This document shows positions 56,999 to 64,000 of a DNA stretch of 64,000 nucleotides, one piece after another. The number at the start of each line of letters is the position of its first letter. Position 1 is the stretch's first letter. The position numbers and the translations under genes were made by a program. Origin of the DNA: Candidatus Latescibacterota bacterium (lineage in GTDB: Bacteria > Latescibacterota > UBA2968 > GCA-2709665); NCBI GenBank assembly GCA_963667175.2, contig CAXXXF010000014.1, positions 32,001-96,000 on the forward strand, written 5' to 3'. Below the pieces are notes generated by a model. That model was not told the origin of the DNA and made no database searches. It was given only the letters and a program-made list of their open reading frames with translations.

Positions 56999-58095
56999 CG
57001 GCACCGATGGAAGCGCTGGCATTCGTCTCATCTCTCCTCTGCCTGGTCTACGTCGTCGTCGCGGGCGCGATCCATAGAGGTCTGAGTCGCCTGTCGGCCG
57101 GCAGCAACGCCGATACCCCCGACGTCACGGTCGTCATTCCCGCCCGCAATGAAGCCCATCGTATCGACCGGTGTCTCTCGGCCCTCGCCGAACAGACCTA
57201 TCCTCCGGAACGCACCCGGGTCATCGTCGTCGACGACCATTCCACGGATGACACCGCGCGCGTCGCGATGGCGTGGACCGACCGCATTCCCGGCCTCAGG
57301 GTCGTCCAGGCAACCGACGGCCCGCACGCCTGCCCGAAGAAAAATGCCCTGGACACGGGCATCCGCGCCGGCGCCGGGGAAATTATCCTCGCCACGGACG
57401 CCGACTGCATCCCCTCTTCGGACTGGATCGTTTCCACGGTCCGCGCTTTCGATCCCGACGTCGGCATGGTTGCAGGATATGCGCCCCTGATCCCGGAGCG
57501 CGGGGTCCTGTCCGGACTGCTTTCCCTGCAGGGACTCGTGGTGTCCACCCTGACCGCCGGCAGCATCGGTCTGGGTTTTCCGCTGACGTGTTCCGGACGG
57601 AATCTCGCCTATCGCAAGTCGGCCTTCCACGATGCGGGAGGATTCGATTCCATCGGTCATATCCGCGGTGGAGACGACGTCCTGCTGATGAGGCGCATCG
57701 CCTCGAAAACGGCCTGGCGCATCCGATTCAACCCGAACGCGAGCGTGCGTTCATCCCCGCATACCGACGGCCTGTACCGACGCCAGGTCCGCTACCAGTC
57801 AAAGGCGGTCCATTACGGATTTTCGGTCTTGCCTGTCGCGTTGAGTCTCTATATATTCCACGTGGTCCTCGCCGCGGCGCCTTTCCTCGCCTGGCTGCAT
57901 CCCGCGCTCCGATTCCCCTTCGGCATGATAGGCGCGGCAAAAATACTCGCCGACTGGCTGCTGCTGTCCGGCGCCGCCCGCCGTTTCAATGCGCGGAGAG
58001 TCCTCCGGCTGTTTCCGCTCCTTGAACTGATTTCCGTACCGTACGTCGTCGTCATCTGCGCCGCCGGCGCACTGGCGCCCTCCCGCTGGAAATAG
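56995..58095 (+). CDS. Membrane GT2 glycosyltransferase
   Basis: VIPARNE, VDDHSTD, KKNAL, TDADC, NLAYRK, GDD and RQVRY motifs. Confidence 0.9.
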   Translation: MTAPMEALAFVSSLLCLVYVVVAGAIHRGLSRLSAGSNADTPDVTVVIPARNEAHRIDRCLSALAEQTYPPERTRVIVVDDHSTDDTARVAMAWTDRIPGLRVVQATDGPHACPKKNALDTGIRAGAGEIILATDADCIPSSDWIVSTVRAFDPDVGMVAGYAPLIPERGVLSGLLSLQGLVVSTLTAGSIGLGFPLTCSGRNLAYRKSAFHDAGGFDSIGHIRGGDDVLLMRRIASKTAWRIRFNPNASVRSSPHTDGLYRRQVRYQSKAVHYGFSVLPVALSLYIFHVVLAAAPFLAWLHPALRFPFGMIGAAKILADWLLLSGAARRFNARRVLRLFPLLELISVPYVVVICAAGALAPSRWK

Positions 58096-58097
58096 AT

Positions 58098-59156
58098 ATG
58101 CTCTCACTCAGACTGTTGCCCGGGACCGTTGCTCGCTACCATCGGACGCTGACGGTCCGGCGCGTCTGGAACGCCGTCAAGGTGGTTGTCTCCTACGTCC
58201 TCTCGCGCATGGCCGGACGGGATATCCGAATGGGGCGGCCCTTCATCCTGATGCTGGAGCCCACAAACCTCTGCAATCTCAAGTGTCCGCTCTGCCCATC
58301 CGGCAACGGGGGACTCACAAGGCCCCGAGGCACGATGGAATTCGAAGCCTTCAAGCGGATCTTCGAGGAGCAGGCGAAAGACCTCGTGCTCCTGATGCTG
58401 TGGAACCAGGGCGAGCCCTTCATCAACAAGCGGCTGACCGACATGGTCCGTCTGGCCAAAGCCCACAACGTACCCACCATCACCAGCACCAATGTCCACT
58501 ACATCCGAAGCCGAAGCGACGCCGAAGATATCGTCTCCTCCGGGCTGGACGAAATCGTGGTCTCCCTGGACGGAGTGACCCCGGAATCCTACGTCAAGTA
58601 CCGCGTCGGAGGCAACTTCGACCGGGTCCTGGACGGGATTCGCCTCCTCAGCGCGGCAAAGAAGACGATGAACGCGGACCATCCCGTCATCCACCTGCAG
58701 TTCATCATCTTCAAACACAACGAGACCGAGATCGAAGCCGCCCGGAGCCTCGCGCGGGAACTCGGCGTGGACCGGCTGTCGCTGAAAACCGCCCAGGTCT
58801 ATACGGACGCCGAAGCGGAACAGTACCTTCCCGAAGACGAATCTCTCAGCCGCTATCGCTACGACACGGACAAGCTGACAATGAACGGCAGGATAACCAA
58901 TTCCTGCAGACACCTCTGGTACAGTACCGTCGTCAACTGGGACGGGGCCGTTTCGCCGTGCTGTTTTGACAAAGACGTCCACTACGGCCTGGGCAATGCG
59001 CTGGAAAACCCGGACTTCGAAGACACCTGGTCCGGCGAGGCGTACACCGGCTTCAGAAACGCCATCCTCAAGGACCGTTCCGCCGTGCCCATCTGCAACA
59101 ACTGTTCAGAAGGCATCAAGGGGCTATTCTACGACATCGAAGTGGTGAAGCATTAG
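58098..59156 (+). CDS. Radical SAM protein with SPASM/Twitch domain
   Basis: CNLKCPLC, NQGEP, SLDG; C-terminal C..W...CCFD...CNNC. Confidence 0.9.
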   Translation: MLSLRLLPGTVARYHRTLTVRRVWNAVKVVVSYVLSRMAGRDIRMGRPFILMLEPTNLCNLKCPLCPSGNGGLTRPRGTMEFEAFKRIFEEQAKDLVLLMLWNQGEPFINKRLTDMVRLAKAHNVPTITSTNVHYIRSRSDAEDIVSSGLDEIVVSLDGVTPESYVKYRVGGNFDRVLDGIRLLSAAKKTMNADHPVIHLQFIIFKHNETEIEAARSLARELGVDRLSLKTAQVYTDAEAEQYLPEDESLSRYRYDTDKLTMNGRITNSCRHLWYSTVVNWDGAVSPCCFDKDVHYGLGNALENPDFEDTWSGEAYTGFRNAILKDRSAVPICNNCSEGIKGLFYDIEVVKH

Positions 59157-59234
59157 CAGCCCGGAGCGGGGACCCGCGTTCCTGCTCTTTCATTCACACA
59201 CGCCGATTTCAACCCGTTCCCAGCCGGGATACCC

Positions 59235-60413
59235 GTGTCAACCACCCTGATCCATGCGATCCTGATGGTCTCGACGGCTGTGTACGCGGCCGCCGCCCTG
59301 GCGTTTCTGGTCGGCCTGCGGCGACGGATCCGGCGCGCTGACGCCCGCTCCTTTCCGTTCGTATCGGTGGTGATTGCCGCAAGGGACGAAGCGGATCAGA
59401 TCGCCGATTGCCTCACGGGACTGATCGGACAGACGTACCCGGCCGACCGGTACGAAGTCCTCGTCGTCGACGACGGCTCCACGGACGATACCGCTGATAT
59501 CTCGGCCGAATTCGCCGCCAGGCACCCCCGGGTCCGGAGCATTGAAGTCACGGACGCGTTCCGGCATATGGCGGCAAAGAAACGGCCTCTCTCCGAGGGC
59601 ATCCGGGCCGCGCGCGGGAGCATCATCCTGACCACCGACGCGGATTGCGACGTCCCGCCCACCTGGATTTCAGGGATGGTCTCGCATTTCGACGCCGGCG
59701 CGGATGCGGTCATCGGGTTCTCACAGGTAAAAAACACCGGGGACCGGCTGACCCTGGCGGAGCGCATCCAGGCGTTCGACTTTCTCGCGCTCATGTCCGC
59801 TTCCGCCGGCGCCGCCAACCTCGGCGTGCCGCTGGCCGCATCGGGGCAGAATTTCGCCTACCGGAAATCGCTTTTCGAGCGGGTCGCCGGATTCGAGGAC
59901 ATCGCGCAACGTCCGTCCGGCGATGACGTCCTTCTGCTTCAGTTGTTCCGCCGGGCCGGCGCAAAGATCGTCTTTGCAGACGACCCTCACACCTTCGTCA
60001 GCACCCGTCGCGCCGAAACCATGGCGGGATTCTGGACCCAACGGCGCCGATGGGCGTCGAACGCGCGGTGCATGCCGGCGCTCAATCCCCTATTCTTCGC
60101 TTATCTCGCGAACGTGTTTACGCTCAACCTGTTCTTTCCCGTTGCATTGATTTCCGGGATTGCCGGAACCGGCGTCGGTCTGCCGCTGGCCTGTTTCGCG
60201 GCCAGGACCCTGGCGGACCTGGCTGTGGTTTGCAAAGGCGCACGGAGGTTCGGACGGACGGACCTCCTGTCAGTGCTGCCGGTCTGGGAATTCCTGCAGA
60301 TTCCCTACACGGTTCTGGTGGGGCTTTCCGGATCGTTCGGCAGTTTCGTCTGGAAGGGAAGGGTCCACAGGCCGCGCGACACGGGGAAAGCGAGCGTTCC
60401 GGCCCTGAAATAG
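59235..60413 (+). CDS. Membrane GT2 glycosyltransferase
   Basis: VIAARDE, VDDGSTD, TDADC, SGDDVLL and QRRRW motifs. Confidence 0.9.
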   Translation: MSTTLIHAILMVSTAVYAAAALAFLVGLRRRIRRADARSFPFVSVVIAARDEADQIADCLTGLIGQTYPADRYEVLVVDDGSTDDTADISAEFAARHPRVRSIEVTDAFRHMAAKKRPLSEGIRAARGSIILTTDADCDVPPTWISGMVSHFDAGADAVIGFSQVKNTGDRLTLAERIQAFDFLALMSASAGAANLGVPLAASGQNFAYRKSLFERVAGFEDIAQRPSGDDVLLLQLFRRAGAKIVFADDPHTFVSTRRAETMAGFWTQRRRWASNARCMPALNPLFFAYLANVFTLNLFFPVALISGIAGTGVGLPLACFAARTLADLAVVCKGARRFGRTDLLSVLPVWEFLQIPYTVLVGLSGSFGSFVWKGRVHRPRDTGKASVPALK

Positions 60414-60444
60414 ATTGCCGGAATTCGGCCGTCGGAAATACCCA

Positions 60445-60575
60445 CCACCTAGACACGAAAACCAGCTCACACAGAGACACAAAGACACAAAGGGAACCCT
60501 GAAACACCCGAATGGCGGGCAACCACAAGGGTTGCCCCTACAATTTCAACATCGGCGCAGACCTCTCCCCCTGCC
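60445..60575. repeat. REP mosaic (CACAAAG heptamers, GTAG-REP, CCTCTCCCC remnant)
   Basis: GGGCAACCACAAGGGTTGCCCCTAC at 60517-60541 is identical to 46450-46474. Confidence 0.75.
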
Positions 60576-60624
60576 CTACGTACTCCCTGTGATGGCGTTG
60601 AACTCCAAATTCGAGCCTTATTTC

Positions 60625-61773
60625 ATGTTTTTTCGTCCACACTTGTGCAAATGGGGACTCGCCGTCCTCATCCTCGCGCTCGGTTCAGACGCCCGGGGCG
60701 CCGAACGCCCGCGCGCCAGAGGCCTGGGTATCCGAATCGGCGTTCTTCCGCCCGGTCCCCATAACGCCATCACCGATGTATCAGGCGTCATGGTCGGACA
60801 CGTCACCCTCATCAGCGGCGAAGGGGAACTGGTTGTCGGAAAGGGGCCCGTCCGTACCGGTGTGACCGCGGTGGTGCCCCACCCCGACGACGTCTACCTG
60901 AACCAGGTGTACGCCGCTGCCGAAGTGATCAACGGAAACGGCGAGATGACGGGCATGGCGTGGGTCAACGAACGGGGTCTGCTGGAGGTTCCGGTGGTCC
61001 TCACCAACACGTTGAGCGTCGGCGAGGCGTACAGCGGCGTCGTTGCCTATATGCTCCGGCAGGGCCAGGGGCGCGTTCCCCTGCCCGTCGTGGCCGAATG
61101 TTACGATGGCGGCCTCAACGACGTCGCGGGCCGCCATGTAAAGGAGGAACACGTCATCCTTGCGATCGAATCCGCGGCGGATGGACCGGTCGCCGAGGGA
61201 TCGGTAGGCGCGGGTACGGGGATGAGGGCGTACGGATTCAAGGCCGGCATCGGAACGGCGTCGCGTGTACTCACAAAGGCCCAGGGCGCCTATACCCTGG
61301 GCGTGCTGGTCGTGGCAAACTGCGGCCGTCGTCCCAATCTGGTCATCGACGGGGTCCCCGTGGGGCGGCGCCTGCCGGCTACGCGTCCGCCGGACCGGGA
61401 CGGTTCCATCGTCATCCTGATCGCCACCGACGCGCCGCTGATTCCCCTACAACTCCAGCGGCTCTGCAAACGGTCCGCACTCGGCATGAGCCGCACCGGA
61501 ACCTTCTCTCGCACAAGCAGTGGCGACCTTGCTCTCGCGTTTTCCACCGCCCACCGCGTCCCCCGGGACGCGGCGACTGCGGATACCGTCAAGACCCTCC
61601 GGGACCGCCGCCTCAACCCGCTTCTTCAGGCCACCGTTGAGGCCACCGAGGAAGCCATCGTCAACGCGCTCTGCGCCGCGGACACGATGACGGGACGGGA
61701 CAACAGGACGATACCCGGCCTCCCGCTGGACCGACTCGTCGACATCATGAAGCAACACAACCGGATCAAGTGA
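60625..61773 (+). CDS. DmpA-like L/D-aminopeptidase (P1/S58 family), secreted
   Basis: NAITDVSGV.VGH, RTGVT, EGSVGAGTGM, FKAGIGTASR, DG/SIVI..ATDAP autoproteolysis site and SGD. Signal peptide present. Confidence 0.88.
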   Translation: MFFRPHLCKWGLAVLILALGSDARGAERPRARGLGIRIGVLPPGPHNAITDVSGVMVGHVTLISGEGELVVGKGPVRTGVTAVVPHPDDVYLNQVYAAAEVINGNGEMTGMAWVNERGLLEVPVVLTNTLSVGEAYSGVVAYMLRQGQGRVPLPVVAECYDGGLNDVAGRHVKEEHVILAIESAADGPVAEGSVGAGTGMRAYGFKAGIGTASRVLTKAQGAYTLGVLVVANCGRRPNLVIDGVPVGRRLPATRPPDRDGSIVILIATDAPLIPLQLQRLCKRSALGMSRTGTFSRTSSGDLALAFSTAHRVPRDAATADTVKTLRDRRLNPLLQATVEATEEAIVNALCAADTMTGRDNRTIPGLPLDRLVDIMKQHNRIK

Positions 61774-61831
61774 TCGGGAACCCGGCGGCTGCGCCGTCGC
61801 CCGATTCCGGATTCTGCATCCAGGTCACGAT

Positions 61832-63286
61832 ATGCCCAATCTGACGATCATCCTCGGCCTCGCGGCCTATATCCTGGTGACGCTTGCGGTCGGTCTCTAC
61901 GCGGGCCGGCGCGTCAAGGGCTCCGCCGACTTCATCGTCGCCGGCCGGAGGCTGGGAATCTGGCTGGCCACCGGGACTCTCGCGGCCACGTGGTTCGGGG
62001 GCGGGATCGTAATCGGGGCCGCCAGCGAGGCCTACAAGAAGGGATTTATGGGCGTCATCGCCGATCCGTTCGGCGCGGCACTCTGTCTGTTTCTCGCGGG
62101 CTTGTTCTACGTCAGGATCATGCGGAGGATGGGCCTGACCACCATCGCGGGTTTCTTCGAAAGCCGCTTCGGGCGCACGGCGGGCGCGGTGGCTGCGCTG
62201 TGCACCATCCCGGCGTACCTGGGATGGGTGGCGTCCCTGATGGTCGCCTTCGGCAGGGTCATCCAGTCGCTCACCGGAATCGACCCGACACTGGGCATCT
62301 GCATCGGCGCGGCGATCGTCCTCGTGTACACGACGGCGGGAGGCATGTGGGCCGTCACGCTGACGGACTTCATCCAGGTGGCCGTTCTATCCGTGGGGCT
62401 CCTGGTGATCACGCCGCTGCTGCTGAACGATATGGGTGGGTGGTCGGCCATCAGCGCCCGGATTCCCGAAGACCGGTTCTATCTCTACCCCCGGAACGCC
62501 GGTGCGCCCGGCTGGTTCGCCTACGCCAGGGACTGGCTGGTCATCGGACTGGGCAATCTGGCGGGGCAGGACCTCATCCAGCGGAGTCTTTCAAGCAGGA
62601 GTGAGTCCGTCGCCCAGAACAGCGCCTATCTTGCCGGCGCGCTCTATCTTACGGTGGGGCTGCTGCCGGTGTTTCTCGGCATTGCCGGGACCCTCATCTT
62701 TCCCGATATCGCCGATCCGGATATGATCATGATGCAGCTGGGCATGAAATATCTCTCGCCTCTCGCGATGGCGGTCTTTCTGGGCGCGCTCGTCTCCGCC
62801 CTGATGAGCAGCGCGGACAGCGCCCTGCTCGCCCCCGCCAGCGTTATCGGATGGGACCTGGTCCGCTACGTCCGCCCGGACGCCGACGAACGGCTGGTCC
62901 TCAGGATCTGCCGCATCAGCGTTCCGGTCCTCGGCCTGATTGCCCTCTACCTCGCGCTGGCGCACAATACCGTCTATACGCTGATGGTAGATTCATGGTC
63001 GATCCTGCTGGCCACCCTGTTCGTGCCGCTCACCGCCGGCATCTGGTGGTCCCGGGCCAACCTGCCCGGCGCGCTCGCAGCCATGGTCGCCGGATTCGCC
63101 GCCTGGATCTGTTTCATCTACCTCACGCCGGACCTGCCGGCGGACCTGCTGGCCGTCCCGGTCGCGCTGGTCTGTCTGGTCGTTCTCAGCCTGAAGACAA
63201 AGAGCTCTTTCCCGGCGCGACCGCTCTCGGATACCGCCGGCCGCCCCGTTTCCCTCCAGCACCGCCTCGGACTTCGACGCCGGTAG
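61832..63286 (+). CDS. Sodium:solute symporter family protein
   Basis: DFIVAGR, ATWFGGG, YTTAGGMWAVTLTDFIQ and SALMSSADS motifs; about 13 TM. Confidence 0.9.
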   Translation: MPNLTIILGLAAYILVTLAVGLYAGRRVKGSADFIVAGRRLGIWLATGTLAATWFGGGIVIGAASEAYKKGFMGVIADPFGAALCLFLAGLFYVRIMRRMGLTTIAGFFESRFGRTAGAVAALCTIPAYLGWVASLMVAFGRVIQSLTGIDPTLGICIGAAIVLVYTTAGGMWAVTLTDFIQVAVLSVGLLVITPLLLNDMGGWSAISARIPEDRFYLYPRNAGAPGWFAYARDWLVIGLGNLAGQDLIQRSLSSRSESVAQNSAYLAGALYLTVGLLPVFLGIAGTLIFPDIADPDMIMMQLGMKYLSPLAMAVFLGALVSALMSSADSALLAPASVIGWDLVRYVRPDADERLVLRICRISVPVLGLIALYLALAHNTVYTLMVDSWSILLATLFVPLTAGIWWSRANLPGALAAMVAGFAAWICFIYLTPDLPADLLAVPVALVCLVVLSLKTKSSFPARPLSDTAGRPVSLQHRLGLRRR

Positions 63287-63289
63287 CGG

Positions 63290-64000
63290 TTACGACTCTT
63301 GCCTTGATCGGTCCTGCGTCCGCGTGACGAGACTCGCGAAGAAGCCCGCGCCGAATCCATTGTCGATATTCACCACCGCCACGCCCGGCGCGCAGGAATT
63401 CAACGTCCCAAGCAGCGCGGCCAATCCACCGAAACTGGCGCCGTAGCCAACGCTGGTCGGCACCGCAATCACCGGCACATCCACGAGCCCGCCCACCACG
63501 GAAGGCAGCGCGCCCTCCATCCCCGCCGCCACCACGATCGCGGTGGCCCGGTCAATCTGCTCGCGGTGAGCGAAAAGCCGGTGAATCCCCGCCACGCCAA
63601 CGTCGTACATCCTGTTCACGCGGCTGCCCATCGCCTCCGCCGTCACGAATGCCTCCTCGGCGACCGGAATATCCGACGTTCCAGCCGAAATGACCAGCAC
63701 CTCCCCCGCCGCCTCCGCGTGGCCGGCGTCGTCCCCGCGAATCGTCAGCGTTCGGGCCAACGGGTTGTAGTCCGCTTCCGGCAAGGCCGAACGCACGGCA
63801 TCCGCCTGTTCCCGGTCGGCCCGGGTCGCCAGAAGCGCGGACCCCGCCTCCGAGATCCGGCGCGCGATTTCAACCACGTGCTCCGTGGTCTTGCCCTGGC
63901 AGAAGATCACCTCCGGAAATCCCTGGCGCATTGCCCGGTGATGGTCCACGTGTGCGAACCCCAGATCTTCAAACGGCAGCTTCTTCAGCCGATCCATCGC
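63290..64000 (-). CDS. larB: Nickel pincer cofactor biosynthesis protein LarB (5' end off the window)
   Basis: DHHR..RQGFPEVIFC.GK, AGTSD.PVAEEA, DVGVAGIHRL, AGMEGALPSV, PTSVGYG and NIDNGFGA motifs. Confidence 0.92.
   Translation of the reverse strand, partial: AMDRLKKLPFEDLGFAHVDHHRAMRQGFPEVIFCQGKTTEHVVEIARRISEAGSALLATRADREQADAVRSALPEADYNPLARTLTIRGDDAGHAEAAGEVLVISAGTSDIPVAEEAFVTAEAMGSRVNRMYDVGVAGIHRLFAHREQIDRATAIVVAAGMEGALPSVVGGLVDVPVIAVPTSVGYGASFGGLAALLGTLNSCAPGVAVVNIDNGFGAGFFASLVTRTQDRSRQES

Overview
GC-rich bacterial chromosomal segment with about 55 genes. The DFDxDGxVxFxDF dockerin/EF-hand-like protein, DUF4837, TonB and Bacteroides-type MDH suggest an FCB-group organism such as Latescibacterota or Gemmatimonadota (inference). 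The core block is pyrF-rnpB-rnhA-Zn-ribbon gene with divergent tRNA-Val(CAC) and tRNA-Glu(TTC). The rest is envelope, catabolic and accessory genes. No CRISPR array, integrase or transposase was seen. Main points of interest: (1) a BlaI repressor plus a BlaR1-type M56 peptidase fused to a DUF4837 domain plus TonB, linked by three ATTAA-N4-TTAAT boxes; (2) a consensus sigma-54 promoter upstream of a COG3014-hypothetical-LpoB-OMP operon; (3) a 70-aa microprotein ending in the sulfatase-type RLxxLGYL tail, lying between a D-amino-acid enzyme cluster and a sulfotransferase; (4) nested REP/palindrome mosaics; (5) a Zn-finger HNH nuclease with a repeat-filled leader next to a low-GC orphan patch; (6) an island beside tRNA-Glu with paired ABC exporters and a frameshifted gene. 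All calls come from reading motifs by eye; no database searches were run.
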